From: Betaproteobacteria bacterium
Lineage (GTDB): Bacteria > Pseudomonadota > Gammaproteobacteria > Burkholderiales > UBA3065
Reading direction: 5' to 3'
DNA: 64,000 nucleotides
Assembly: GCA_009923755.1 (NCBI GenBank)
Contig: RFSW01000001.1
Coordinates: 453-64,452 of the forward strand
Position numbers and translations under genes: made by a program. A model generated the notes under the pieces. It saw only the letters and a program-made list of their open reading frames with translations, was not told where the DNA came from and ran no database searches. This document shows positions 36,132-49,400 of the stretch, piece after piece. Numbering within the stretch: position 1 is the stretch's first letter; every line of letters starts with the position of its first letter.

Positions 36132-36161
36132 AAAGAAAATGGCCTGAAACGCTCAGGCCAT
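36132..36161 (-). terminator. Rho-independent terminator downstream of tRNA-Thr
   Basis: ATGGCCTGAaacgcTCAGGCCAT forms a 9-bp stem, followed on the minus strand by TTTCTTT. It lies 24 nt downstream of the tRNA 3' end. Confidence 0.5.
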
Positions 36162-36184
36162 TTCGGGTGCTCGCGAGGGCGGTA

Positions 36185-36260
36185 TGGTGCCGGTGAAGAG
36201 AGTCGAACTCCCGACCTTCGCATTACGAATGCGCTGCTCTACCAACTGAGCTACACCGGC
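36185..36260 (-). tRNA. tRNA-Thr (anticodon CGT), encoded CCA end
   Basis: Reverse complement is GCCGGTGTAGCTCAGTTGGTAGAGCAGCGCATTCGTAATGCGAAGGTCGGGAGTTCGACTCTCTTCACCGGCACCA. The anticodon loop is TTCGTAA, and the body is near-identical to E. coli tRNA-Thr(CGU). Confidence 0.9.
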
Positions 36261-36357
36261 GACGCCCGCAATTGTACCGTTTTCCCGGCAAGCGCCAAGG
36301 CGCAGACCCGATGGCCGGTGCCGTGCGGCATCCGGCGCGCTGCCGAGCGGCTACGGA

Positions 36358-36789
36358 TCAGGCCGCGGCCGACTCGGACTTGCGCACGCGAAGGGTGAGG
36401 TCGATCCGCTCGACGTGAAAGCCGCTGGCGATGCTCTCGAGCGGAAAGCCTTGCAACACTTCCATCGGGATGTCGTGCAGGGTGTCGCTCTCAAGATCGT
36501 GCAGGTGCAGATGCGGCTCGGTGTTCGGGTCGTACAGTGTCACGCCGGCTTGTGAGTTGACGGTCTGCAGCAAGCCGCGATCGACGAACAGGTTCAGCGT
36601 GTTGTAGACCGTGGCGCGCGAGACGCGCGGACGGCTCTGGTTGACGATGCTGAACACCTGCTCGGCTGACAGATGCTCACGCCGGGTCATGATCAGCTCG
36701 GCGATGCGCAGGCGCGGGTAGGTGGTGTTGACGCCCAAGCTGCGGAGGAGACTTGAGATGGCGTCTGGACTGATGAGGGGTCCGTTCAT
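36358..36789 (-). CDS. Fur-family transcriptional regulator, cysteine-free
   Basis: ATG 36789 (AAGGA upstream) gives 143 aa. It has a winged-helix block (HLSAEQVFSIVNQSRPRVSRATVYNTLNLFVDRGLL) and a His-rich metal block EPHLHLHD. There are no Cys residues, so no CxxC structural Zn site. Confidence 0.7.
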   Translation of the reverse strand: MNGPLISPDAISSLLRSLGVNTTYPRLRIAELIMTRREHLSAEQVFSIVNQSRPRVSRATVYNTLNLFVDRGLLQTVNSQAGVTLYDPNTEPHLHLHDLESDTLHDIPMEVLQGFPLESIASGFHVERIDLTLRVRKSESAAA

Positions 36790-36936
36790 GGCCGTAGTCC
36801 TTTCGTCACGAGATGTCACCCAGACTGGACAGCCAGGGTGTAACGTGATGTGGACATTTGGCGGTAAAACAACATGCCTGTCAAGCGTCGGAAGCCTTTT
36901 TTTTAAAGCCATCCAGCAAGACTCAATCCAACTTTT

Positions 36937-37275
36937 TCAGGGCTCCGCCGCTCGCCCCGCGGCGACGTCGCAGCGGGCCAGCGAGCGGGCGATCTTGCGT
37001 TCGAGGGTGGCCGCAAGTTCCTCCGCCGTAGCGCTGGCAAAGCCGGCCGCAACCAGCGCCGTGATGACCACGTCGCAGGCCTCTTCGATCACCGCCTCGC
37101 GGGGCATCTGGCGCGTCCATGTGCGGGCGAGCTCGCCGGTCTCCTCGGCCAGTTTGACCAGGTTGCGCTCCGGGCTGTTACCAGGGATGTCATGAGCGAT
37201 GCGAGTGGCCGCGTGTAGCAGTCGGTCGAGGTCCATGGGGGGCGTGGGTGCTGTCGGAGCGTTCGATTCTGCCAT
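36937..37275 (-). CDS. MazG-like nucleotide pyrophosphohydrolase domain protein (small)
   Basis: About 112 aa from ATG 37275. Contains KLAEETGELA and EEACDVVITAL, which resemble the EExxE / ExxD metal motifs of all-alpha NTP-PPases. Start uncertain. Confidence 0.5.
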   Translation of the reverse strand: MAESNAPTAPTPPMDLDRLLHAATRIAHDIPGNSPERNLVKLAEETGELARTWTRQMPREAVIEEACDVVITALVAAGFASATAEELAATLERKIARSLARCDVAAGRAAEP

Positions 37276-37364
37276 GCACCCCCGAACCGCTTTCACGGCG
37301 GATGGGATCATCGCGAATGGCGATGTGCGAGCAGCCTGCTTTCTCCCGCCCCGACAGCAGTTGT

Positions 37365-38558
37365 ATGCTCACCCGCATGGATGATGGCCGCGTTGACCCC
37401 GATCACTTTGTCGCCACGCAGAGCGCCGGCTGGGCCGCGCTTCGGCGGGACCTGCACGCGCACCCGGAACTCGCCTTTGCCGAGCACCGCACCAGTGACC
37501 TGGTGGCGGCCCGGCTGCAGGCGGCCGGCCTGCCGGTGCGGCGCGGGCTCGGTGGCACCGGCGTGGTCGGCATGGTGGAGGGTCGCCAGCCGGGCCCGAT
37601 GATCGGCCTGCGCGCCGACATGGACGCGCTGCCCATGCACGAGGCCAACAACTTCGCGCACCGCTCGGTGCACGCCGGGCGCATGCACGCCTGTGGGCAC
37701 GACGGCCACACCGCCATGCTGGTCGCGGCGGCGGAGACGCTGGCGCACGCTCCGGACTTTGCCGGGCGCGTCGCCTTCATCTTTCAGCCGGCCGAGGAGG
37801 GCGACGGCGGCGCCCGCCGCATGATGGATGAGGGTCTGTTCAGCGAATTCCCCTGTGAGGATGTCTACGCACTGCACAACTGGCCCGGGCTCGATGCCGG
37901 CTGCTTTGCCGTGCACCGCGGGCCGGTGATGGCCTCCGCCGACCAGTTCGACATCACCTTGCGCGGGCGCGGCGCCCACGCCGCCATGCCGCACCAGGGG
38001 CTGGACCCGGTCACCGCAGCTGCGGCGCTGGTTCAGACCCTGCAGACGGTGGTGAGCCGGCGCACCGACCCGCTGCGCGCCGGCGTGGTGAGCGTGACCC
38101 GCCTGCAGGCCGGCGAAGCCTATAATGTCATTCCCGAGAGGGTGACGCTGGGCGGCACCGTGCGGGCGCTCGACAACCGCGTGCGCGACGACCTGCAGGC
38201 GCAGATCACCGCCGCTGCGGAGGGCATTGCGGTGGCACATGGCTTGCACGCCACGGTGGACTACCGGCGCGGCTACCCGGCCACCGTCAACCATGCCGCA
38301 CAGGCGGACTTTGCCGCACGCGTGGCCGCCGGGCTGGTCGGCGCCGACCACGTGCGCACCGACATGGACCCGTCGATGGGCGCCGAGGACTTTGGCTTCA
38401 TGCTCATGGAAAAGCCTGGTGCCTACCTGTGGATCGGCAACGGCCCGGGCAGCGGTGGCTGCATGCTGCACAACCCGCTCTACGACTTCAACGACGACAT
38501 CCTGGCGCTTGGCGCGCGCTTCTGGCGCGCGCTGGTGATGGCACGCCTGCCGCTCTAG
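37365..38558 (+). CDS. M20D-family amidohydrolase (hippurate hydrolase / N-acyl-amino-acid amidohydrolase-like)
   Basis: Contains RRDLHAHPELAFAEHRTSDLVA, RADMDALP, MHACGHDGHTAML and FQPAEEG. Start is ATG 37365 or 37377; the track start at 37248 overlaps the divergent MazG-like gene. Confidence 0.85.
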   Translation: MLTRMDDGRVDPDHFVATQSAGWAALRRDLHAHPELAFAEHRTSDLVAARLQAAGLPVRRGLGGTGVVGMVEGRQPGPMIGLRADMDALPMHEANNFAHRSVHAGRMHACGHDGHTAMLVAAAETLAHAPDFAGRVAFIFQPAEEGDGGARRMMDEGLFSEFPCEDVYALHNWPGLDAGCFAVHRGPVMASADQFDITLRGRGAHAAMPHQGLDPVTAAAALVQTLQTVVSRRTDPLRAGVVSVTRLQAGEAYNVIPERVTLGGTVRALDNRVRDDLQAQITAAAEGIAVAHGLHATVDYRRGYPATVNHAAQADFAARVAAGLVGADHVRTDMDPSMGAEDFGFMLMEKPGAYLWIGNGPGSGGCMLHNPLYDFNDDILALGARFWRALVMARLPL

Positions 38559-40063
38559 CCGGCAAGACGGCGGGCCACCTGTTTGCCCAGTTCCACCCCC
38601 CATTGGTCGAAGGGGTTGATGTGCCACACGCAGGCCTGTGTGAACACCTTGTGCTCGTAGCAGGCGAGCAGCGCGCCCAGCGATTCGGCATCCAACCGCG
38701 CGCTGCTGATCAGCGAGACCGGCTGCCCCCCAGGCAGGTTGCCATGAGCGCCCGGTGCCGCGTCCACGTGGCCGCCGGTGTGCAGCACCTGGGCCTGCGC
38801 CAAGGCGTTGGCGTTGAGCGCCGGCTCCAAGGCTGCGCTCTCGTCGAAGGTGATGATGTCGGCCGGCAGCAGCAGCGTGCCCTGGTGCAGCAGCTGCATG
38901 AAGGCATGCTGCGCGTGCGACCCTGCCGCGCCAAAGATGACGCCACCGGTGTCCCACGCCACCGGTTGGCCGTCGAGGTCGACGCGCTTGCCCAGCGATT
39001 CCATCTCCAGCTGCTGCAGATAGGCCGGTAGCTGTCGCAGCGGCCACGCGTAGGGCAGCACCGCCTGTGTCTGCGCGCCAAGGACGTTGCGGTACCAGAC
39101 GCCGAGCAGGCCCATCAGCAGCGGCAGGTTGGTGGTGGGCTCGGCGTCGGCAAAGTGCATGTCGATGAGGTGGGCGCCGCGGTGCAGGCTGTGCAGCACC
39201 TGCGGCCCGCAGGCGATCTGCAGCACCAGGCTCACTGCCGACCACAGCGAATAGCGGCCGCCGACCCATTCGCCAAAGGCCAGACACTGCTCGGTCGGCA
39301 CCCCCCACGCGGCGGCGCGCTCGGGTGCTGCGGTCACCGCGATGAAGTGCCGGTGCAGTTGCGTTTCCGGCAAACCGGCGCCACGCAGCCAATCGCGCGC
39401 GTGCGCGGCGTTGGCCAGCGTCTCCAGCGTGCCGAAGGTCTTGGAGCAGATGATGAACAGGGTGCTGGCCGGGTCGCACTGCGCCAGCGCCGCGGCCAGC
39501 GCGCGCGGGTCGAGGTCGCTCACGCACACGCAGGCCGGGCCGTCGGCCTGCGTGGCGAGCGCGTCGAGTGCCAGCGCCGGCCCGAGGTCGGAGCCGCCGA
39601 TGCCCAGGTTGACGATGCGGCGTACCGGCGCTCCTGACGCCAGGCGCCAGATCCCGTGACGGACCTCGCCGGCGATGCGCGCCTGTGCCGCGATGCCAGC
39701 GTCGATGTCGGCACGCAGGTCGCGCCCGTCGAGCAGCAGTGGCGGCCGGTCGGCTGACCCACCCGGCGCGCGCAGTGCGCTGTGCAGCGCGGCGCGGCCT
39801 TCGCTGGGGTTGACGATGTCCCCTCGCAGCATGCGCTGGACGCGCGTCTGTACACCGGCCTGCTCGGCCAGTTCGCAGAGCAGCTCAAGGCCACGTACGT
39901 CGATACGGTGGCGCGACAGGTCGGCCTGCAGCGGGCCCGCACTCACCCGTAGCCAGCCCGGCTCGCCCGGCGTCCGGTGCGGCGAGGGGGTGCGGCCGGC
40001 GCCCACCACTTCGCGGTGGGCGAACAGTTGTTGCCAGGCGGGGAGGGTGTCGGGACGCGGCAT
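38555..40063 (-). CDS. pgi: Glucose-6-phosphate isomerase
   Basis: About 502 aa from ATG 40063. PGI motifs are present: NLGIGGSDLGP, FIICSKTFGTLET, GGRYSLWSAV. Confidence 0.9.
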   Translation of the reverse strand: MPRPDTLPAWQQLFAHREVVGAGRTPSPHRTPGEPGWLRVSAGPLQADLSRHRIDVRGLELLCELAEQAGVQTRVQRMLRGDIVNPSEGRAALHSALRAPGGSADRPPLLLDGRDLRADIDAGIAAQARIAGEVRHGIWRLASGAPVRRIVNLGIGGSDLGPALALDALATQADGPACVCVSDLDPRALAAALAQCDPASTLFIICSKTFGTLETLANAAHARDWLRGAGLPETQLHRHFIAVTAAPERAAAWGVPTEQCLAFGEWVGGRYSLWSAVSLVLQIACGPQVLHSLHRGAHLIDMHFADAEPTTNLPLLMGLLGVWYRNVLGAQTQAVLPYAWPLRQLPAYLQQLEMESLGKRVDLDGQPVAWDTGGVIFGAAGSHAQHAFMQLLHQGTLLLPADIITFDESAALEPALNANALAQAQVLHTGGHVDAAPGAHGNLPGGQPVSLISSARLDAESLGALLACYEHKVFTQACVWHINPFDQWGVELGKQVARRLAG

Positions 40064-40149
40064 GGCGGCGAGTGTAGCGGGGTGGGGCCTTGGCGGCACG
40101 CATGTCGCCAAGGCTGGCCGGCTGCCGGGGCTCCGCTTCGTTACACTAG

Positions 40150-40512
<363 letters not shown>

Positions 40513-40565
40513 TCGCGGCGGAGCGATGAACGGGACCGGACGATGACCGCGGCGGGGCGCTGACC

Positions 40566-41495
40566 GTGCCGGAGAGCCTCGCCGGCAAGCTGGTGGTTGC
40601 CATCTCCTCGCGGGCGCTGTTCGACTTCGAGGAAGAGAATCAGGTCTTTGAGGAGCACGACGACCGTCGCTACCGGGCGCTGCAACTCGAGCGGCTCGAC
40701 GTGCCGGCCAAGCCCGGGGTGGCGTTCTCTCTGGTGCGTAAATTGCTCGCCTTCAACGGTGATCCGGCGCCAGCCGAGCCCGGCCAGGTGGCGCCTGCGC
40801 AGCGCGTCGAGGTGGTCATCCTCAGCCGCAACGACCCGGTCTCGGGCATGCGCGTGTTCCGCTCGGCGCAGCACTACGGCCTGCCGATCCAGCGCGGCGC
40901 ATTTACCCGCGGCGAGTCACCCTGGCGCTATCTGCGCCCGCTGCACGCCAACCTGTTCCTTTCGGCGCACCTCACCGACGTACGCTCGGCACTCGAGGCC
41001 GGCGTGCCAGCGGCGCAGGTCTATCCGCACTCAGCCAAGGCCACCGACGCGCACCCGCACGAAGTGCGTATCGCCTTCGATGGTGACGCGGTGCTGTTCT
41101 CGGACGAGGCCGAACGCGTGTATCAGGCTCACGGGCTCGACGCCTTTCAGGCGCACGAGCGCGACAAGGCTGCCCAGCCGCTCTCCGACGGGCCGTTCAA
41201 GCCATTGCTGGAGGCTCTGCATCGCCTGCAGCAAGAGGGCACGCCGGCGATGCGTATCCGCACCGCGCTGGTCACTGCGCGCAGCGCGCCGGCGCATGAG
41301 CGCGCCATCCGCACACTGATGGACTGGAACGTGGAGGTGGACGAAGCGATGTTCCTCGGCGGCCTCGCCAAAGGCGATTTTCTGCGCGAGTTCGAGCCGG
41401 ATTTCTTCTTCGATGACCAGGCCGGCCACTGCGAGTCGGCCGCCGCCGCCGGACCTGCCGGTCAGGTTCTGTTCGGCGTCCGCAACGCGGGTTGA
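40566..41495 (+). CDS. 5'-nucleotidase family protein (cN-IA-like bacterial family)
   Basis: 309 aa. LVVAISSRALFDFEEENQVFEE...YRALQLERLDVPAKPGVAFSLVRKLLAFN and IAFDGDAVLFSDEAERVY are the conserved blocks of this family as I recall them. Confidence 0.7.
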   Translation: MPESLAGKLVVAISSRALFDFEEENQVFEEHDDRRYRALQLERLDVPAKPGVAFSLVRKLLAFNGDPAPAEPGQVAPAQRVEVVILSRNDPVSGMRVFRSAQHYGLPIQRGAFTRGESPWRYLRPLHANLFLSAHLTDVRSALEAGVPAAQVYPHSAKATDAHPHEVRIAFDGDAVLFSDEAERVYQAHGLDAFQAHERDKAAQPLSDGPFKPLLEALHRLQQEGTPAMRIRTALVTARSAPAHERAIRTLMDWNVEVDEAMFLGGLAKGDFLREFEPDFFFDDQAGHCESAAAAGPAGQVLFGVRNAG

Positions 41496-41503
41496 ACGGC
41501 CGC

Positions 41504-42313
41504 TCAGCCGACCAGACCCTCGGCGAGTTCGCTGACTGGCGGCATCTCTTTAAGAATCACATCCTCGGCCAGCTTGAGCGGGGTCAACGCCACCCGCGGC
41601 AGGCGGCGCGACCGCTCAGCCGTGGCGTACTTCTGCGTGGCTGGGCGCGACGACCAGATCGCCAGGTGCAATACGCACGCCATGCGGTTGGCGGCCGGCG
41701 GCACTTCGGCATCACGCACCGCCACCACGAAGTCCTCGGGGAAGTGCCAGCGGATGGCGAGTTCGGCACTGACGCGGTGGAAGTCGTAGCCGAATCGCTC
41801 GCGCTCGGCCTCGGCCCGCGAGGGGTCGTTGCAAGGCTTCTCTGCCGACAGGGCTTCCATTGCCTCCGGCATGGCGGTGTGCATCACCAGCTGGCCGATG
41901 GCATGCATCATGCCTACGGTGAACGCCACCGCCGAGTTGTCGCTCGAGGCATTGGCGATCCACCGGCTGGCGCCGGCGCAGTGTGCGCTGTAACGCCAGA
42001 AGCCGGCGAGGTCGAGTCCCTGTACCGGGCGCGCGCTGCCCGCCAGGCCGCAGCCGATGATGATGGTGCGAAGATTGTTGAAGCCGAGCAGCATTACCGC
42101 ATCGTCGATGCTGGAGACCTTGCGCGGTAGTCCGAACTGTGCCGAGTTGGCGGCGCGCAGCAGTTTGGCGCACAGCACCTGGTCGGCGCGCACGTGACCA
42201 AGGATCTCATCGATGCTGACAGCGTCTTTGTTGAAGCTGGCGATCAGTTCATGCACCACTTCCGGCACGCTAGGAAGGTTCTGTGGGTTTTGAAACAGTG
42301 CATTGAGTTCCAT
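41504..42313 (-). CDS. HDOD domain-containing signalling protein
   Basis: From ATG 42313: LPSVPEVVHELIASFNKDAVSIDEILGHVRADQVLCAKLLRAANSAQFGLPRKVSSIDDAVMLLGFNNLR is the HDOD signature. Confidence 0.8.
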   Translation of the reverse strand: MELNALFQNPQNLPSVPEVVHELIASFNKDAVSIDEILGHVRADQVLCAKLLRAANSAQFGLPRKVSSIDDAVMLLGFNNLRTIIIGCGLAGSARPVQGLDLAGFWRYSAHCAGASRWIANASSDNSAVAFTVGMMHAIGQLVMHTAMPEAMEALSAEKPCNDPSRAEAERERFGYDFHRVSAELAIRWHFPEDFVVAVRDAEVPPAANRMACVLHLAIWSSRPATQKYATAERSRRLPRVALTPLKLAEDVILKEMPPVSELAEGLVG

Positions 42314-42348
42314 GGCGCGTGTCGGAGATGTTGGGCGAGCCTGCGATG

Positions 42349-42945
42349 TTAGCTGCTCTGGCGTGGCCATGCGCCGCCTTCGGTGATCAGCCAATCCATC
42401 GGCAGGTCGTGTGCCTGTGGCTGCGTGTCGGGCAGGCGTGCCAGTTCGTAGGCGACGCCGATGGCCAGCGGCCGCGGCTGCATCGCCGCTAAGGTGCGGT
42501 CGAAGTGTCCGGCGCCGTATCCGATGCGGTAGCCCCGCGCGTCAAAGCCATTGCAGGGGATGAGCAGCAGTTCAGGGTGCAGATCGGGTCCATCGCCGGG
42601 GAAGGGGATGCCGTAGCGGTCGAGTGGCAGCTCGGCCCGCGGGTCCCAGCGCCGCCAGCGCATCGGAACGCCGGTGACGCCGACCACCGGCAGTGCTGCC
42701 CAGCGGGTGGTATCGGCATGCAACCAGGCGGCCACCACGTCGCGCATATCGAACTCGGCGCGATAGGGCCAGCAGAAGCCGAGAGAGGCCGGTGCAAGGT
42801 GCCCAAGCAGCGCCGTCAGGTGGCCGGCTAGGGCCGCATCTGCCGCTGCGCGGACAGGTACTGGGAGATCGATGCGTGCCTGCATGAGGGCGAGGCGGCG
42901 GGCTTTGCGCGCAGCGCGATCGTCAGCGTCGGAGGTCTCGATCAC
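42349..42945 (-). CDS. 5-formyltetrahydrofolate cyclo-ligase
   Basis: 198 aa. The end motif PCNGFDARGYRIGYGAGHFDRTL is typical of MTHFS/YgfA. Confidence 0.8.
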   Translation of the reverse strand: MIETSDADDRAARKARRLALMQARIDLPVPVRAAADAALAGHLTALLGHLAPASLGFCWPYRAEFDMRDVVAAWLHADTTRWAALPVVGVTGVPMRWRRWDPRAELPLDRYGIPFPGDGPDLHPELLLIPCNGFDARGYRIGYGAGHFDRTLAAMQPRPLAIGVAYELARLPDTQPQAHDLPMDWLITEGGAWPRQSS

Positions 42946-43006
42946 GTCAGCAGGGGCTTGCTTAACGGTGGGGCGCAGACTTTAACCGGCCAGGGCGTTC
43001 GCTGTC

Positions 43007-44008
43007 TCAGATCGCCGCAGCAACTTCGGTCACCAACGCCGGCCCACGGTAGATCAGGCCGGTGTAGACCTGCACCAGGCTGGCGCCGGCTTCAATCTTG
43101 GCCCGTGCGTCGGCTGCCGAGAAGATTCCGCCGACACCGATGATCGGCAGCGCCCCGTCGAGCCGCCGCGCCAGCGCGGCGAGGCGCTCGGTGCTGCGCT
43201 CGAACACCGGCCGCCCGCTCAGGCCACCGGCCTCGCCGGCCAACGGATGCCCGGCCACGGTGCTGCGGTCCAAGGTGGTGTTGGTGGCGATCACGCCGTC
43301 GATGCCGCTCGCCTGCAGTCGCCGGGCGATGTCGTCCATGGCGTCGTCCTCCAGGTCCGGCGCGATCTTCACCAGCAGCGGGACATAGCGGCCGTGCGCG
43401 TCGGCCAGACCGGCCTGACGGTGACGCAGCGCCTGCAGCAGCGCATCGAGCTCGTCACCATGTTGCAGGCTGCGCAGACCCTTGGTGTTGGGCGAGCTGA
43501 TGTTCACCGTCACGTAGCTGGCGTGCGGGTAGGCCGCTTCGAGCGCAGCGAGATAGTCGTCGTTGGCGCGGTCGAGTGGCGTGTCGGCGTTCTTGCCGAT
43601 GTTGATGCCAAGGATGCCGCGCCAGCGGGTCCGTGCCAGATTGACGAGCAGGCCCTGCACGCCTCCGTTGTTGAAGCCGAGCCGGTTGATCAGGGCGCCG
43701 TGCTGCGGCAGGCGGAAGACGCGCGGGCGCGGGTTGCCCGCCTGCGGGCGTGGCGTCACCGTGCCGACTTCGATAAAGCCGAAGCCCAGCGCCGCCAGGC
43801 CATCGATGTGCGCGGCGTCTTTGTCGAGACCGGCGGCCAGACCGACGCGGTTGGGAAACTCCATGCCCAGCAGCTTGAGGCGACGGCCCGGTGCGGGTTG
43901 CGGGTCGCGCACCACGGCACCGACCAGGTCGACGCCGCGTAGTACCCAGTCGTGCGCGGTCTCGGGCTCCAGCGCGAACAGGGCGCTGCGGATCAGTGCA
44001 TAGCTCAT
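43007..44008 (-). CDS. pyrD: Dihydroorotate dehydrogenase (quinone), class 2
   Basis: 333 aa. Contains [36 protein letters not shown] and IGVGGI. Confidence 0.9.
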   Translation of the reverse strand: MSYALIRSALFALEPETAHDWVLRGVDLVGAVVRDPQPAPGRRLKLLGMEFPNRVGLAAGLDKDAAHIDGLAALGFGFIEVGTVTPRPQAGNPRPRVFRLPQHGALINRLGFNNGGVQGLLVNLARTRWRGILGINIGKNADTPLDRANDDYLAALEAAYPHASYVTVNISSPNTKGLRSLQHGDELDALLQALRHRQAGLADAHGRYVPLLVKIAPDLEDDAMDDIARRLQASGIDGVIATNTTLDRSTVAGHPLAGEAGGLSGRPVFERSTERLAALARRLDGALPIIGVGGIFSAADARAKIEAGASLVQVYTGLIYRGPALVTEVAAAI

Positions 44009-44079
44009 CGATCTGATTCTAATCGCCCAAGCGGCCGATCCCCTGCAGCGGCGGGTCGAATGCCGCTATCCTTTGATGC

Positions 44080-46385
<2,306 letters not shown>

Positions 46386-46390
46386 GGGCG

Positions 46391-46423
46391 CAAAAAAGCC
46401 CTCCCGGAACACGTCCGGAAGGG
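46391..46423 (-). terminator. Rho-independent terminator after the adhesin gene
   Basis: GCCCTCCCGGaacacgtCCGGAAGGGC forms a 10-bp stem with 1 mismatch, followed on the minus strand by TTTTTT. It lies about 20 nt past the stop at 46444. Confidence 0.5.
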
Positions 46424-46443
46424 CCCAAGGGGACTGCGAAGAC

Positions 46444-49400
46444 TCAGGCTGCGACGCCAATGTAATAGGCGTTGTCGGAATCGGTGACCGCTGGCATCCC
46501 GACCACGCTCACCGCAGCGATATTCTGCTGCTGTCCGATGAGCAGGGTGGTGTCGGTGAACACCAGTTCCTGTGAAGCGCCTGGGGCCAGACTGCCGAAG
46601 TCGTAGTCGGTCCCTGCAGCAGCACCATTGAGGTCGTAGCTGCTGTCGCTAAGTACCACGTCGCCGAGTGTGACGGTGCCAGTATTGGTCACTACGAAGC
46701 GGAACTGCGGTGCGCTGGTCGCCTCCGGACCCGTGGGCGAGTTGGCGTCGTCCCAAGTTACCCCGCCGTCCACCGATACGTACTTCACCAGATTCACGCG
46801 TGGGTCGTAGACCACGGTCGCGTACTCGCTGTCAGCCGCCGGTGTGGTCTCGTTGCTGTCTGCGGTCGAGTCGCTCTCTACCCGGCCGTCGCCGCCGCCG
46901 TTGCTGTCGAGGTCGGCCTGCGTCAGCGTGTAGGTGTCGTCATACACACCCGTTTCACCGGGGGCCAAGGTGACCCCCGAGATGGCGACGCCAGTAAGTG
47001 GGTCTGTGACCTCGACGCCTGTGAGGGTGACGTTGCCCAGATTGGCCAACGTGTAGCGGAAGTTCAGGACGTCGCCCTCGGCATCGGCGAGCGCGTTGCC
47101 GTTGCCGCCGGTGACACCGGTGAAGGCCGCATCGTACGACATGACCTTGGTCAGCAGCAGGGGTACCTGGTCGCTGTCGGTCACCGGATTGGCCTCGTCG
47201 CTGGTCGCGTTGGCGGTGTTGTCGATGTAGCCGTCGCCGCCACCGTTGTTGTCGAGGTCGGATTGCTGCAGCGTGTAGCTGGTCAGGTAGACGTCGGCCG
47301 CGCCCGGAGCCAGGGTGAGGTCGTTGAGGGCGAATCCCGTCAGGGGTTCGACCAGATCGACATTGGTCAGCGTCACGTTGCCCGGATTGGCAAGGATGAT
47401 GCGGTAGTTGATCTGGTCGCCCACCGCATCGGCGACACCGTTGCCGTTGCCACCGGTGACATCAAGGAACAGCTTGCTGAGGAACATCACCGGGCTCACA
47501 AACAACTGCACCGTCTCGGTATCGAAGGTCGGGCCGGTCTCGTCGGCGACAGCCACAGCGTCGTTATCGAGAGTGCCGTCGCCGCCGCCGTTGGTGTCGA
47601 GGTCAGACTGTTGCAGCGTGTAGCTGGTCAGGTATTCGTAACTCTCACCTGGCAGCAGAGTCGGCAAGGTGTCGCTGAATGCGGTGAGGCTGCTGCTGGT
47701 GGTGACGTTGTGCAGGGTCGTCGTGCCAACGTTACTGATGACGATGCGGTAGTTGAGAATGTCGCCCGCTGCATCGGCCAACACATTGCCATTGCCGCCG
47801 GTCAGGTTGACGAAGGATTTGATGATCTGCAGGCCGGTGGTCCGCAACAACTGTACCGTTTCGGCATCGCTGATGGCATCGGTCTGGTCGCTGTCGGCCG
47901 TCGCGGTGTTCTCGATGGCCCCATCGCCGCCGTTGGTGTCAAGGTCGGCCTGGGTGAGCACGTAACTCGATCCGAAGGTCTGAAACTCGCCCGGGGCCAA
48001 GGTCAACCCGGTCTGGTTGAGGCCGGTGAGCGGATCGATCACTGATACGCCGGTCAGCGTCACATTGCCGACATTCGATACGGTCACGTTGTAATTGAGC
48101 GAGTCACCGGCGAAATCTGCGAGCAGATTGCCGTTGCCGCCACTCACACCGTCGAGCACCTTGTTTAGGCCGCACGGTCAGGTCGACCCGCTCGGAGTCG
48201 TCGTGCGGGTCCGTCTCGTTGCTGTCGGCGGTCGCGGTGTTCTCGATGTGGCCGTCGCCGCCACCGTTGGTGTCGAGGTCGGCCTGGGTCAGCGTGTAAG
48301 TGCTGGCGAACCACTGCGAGGTGCCCGGGGCGATGGTGATGCCGCTGAGGTTCTGGCCGGTCAGCGGATCGACCACGGTGACGCCGGTGAGCGTGATGTT
48401 GCCGGTGTTGGTGACGAAGACGCGGTAGTTGAGCACGTCGCCCGCTGCGTCGGCGGCGCCGTTGCCATTGCCGCCGGTGACGCCATCGAAAACTTTGTCG
48501 ACGCTCATGTCCGGTGCATAGACCAGAGGCACTTCTGCTGAGGCGCTGACCGGGTCGGTCTGGTCGGAATCGGCGGTTGCGGTGTTGTCAAGGTCGCCAT
48601 CGCCACCGCCCTTGTCATCAAGGTCGGATTGCTTGAGCACGTAACTGCTGTCGAAGCTCTGCGATTCGCCGGCAGCAAGGGTGATGCCACTCAGGTTCTG
48701 ACCGGTGAGGGGGTCAACGATCGTCACGTTGGTCAGCGACTGGCCGTCGATGTTGGTCACGGTGACTCGGTAGTGGATGATGTCGCCCGCGGCGTCGGCG
48801 ATGGTGTTGCCGTTGCCATCGGTCACCTCAAGGAAAGTCTTGGTGATCTTGAGCGCAGGGATGAAGTCGAGTGGCGCCGTTGCCGAGGCGCTGACCGGGT
48901 CGGTCTCGTTGCTGTCGGTGGTTGCGGTGTTGTCGATGTCGCCATCGCCGCCGCCGTTGTTGTCGAGGTCGGCTTGGGTCAGGGTGTAGGTTGAGCCGTA
49001 ACTCTGGCTTGCTCCCGGCGCCAAGGTCACGCCGGTGACGTTCTGGCCGGTCAGCGGGTCGGTCACGGTGACCCCGGTCAGGGTCACATTGCCATTGTTG
49101 GTGATGGTGACGGTGTAGTGCAGCACCTCGCCCGGCAGGTCGATCTTGTCGTTCTGGTTGCCGCCAGTGACGCTGTCGTAGGACTTGGCGATGGCGAGCA
49201 CCGGCAGGTAAGCCAACGGTACAGTCTCGGAGTCGCTCGAGGGGTCGGTCTCGTTGCTATCGACGGTTGCGGTGTTGTCGACATCGCCGTCGCCGCCACC
49301 CTTGGTGTCGAGGTCGGCCTGGGTGAGCGTGTAGCTCGAGGTGAAGGTCTGCGTCTCACCGACCGCCAGGGTGATGCCACTCAAGTTTTGGCCGGTGAGC

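Noticed and set aside
42946-43006. Looked for a 6S RNA (ssrS) gene upstream of the 5-formyltetrahydrofolate cyclo-ligase gene, as in the E. coli ssrS-ygfA arrangement.
   Set aside because: Only 61 nt separate it from pyrD, too short for a ~180-nt 6S RNA.
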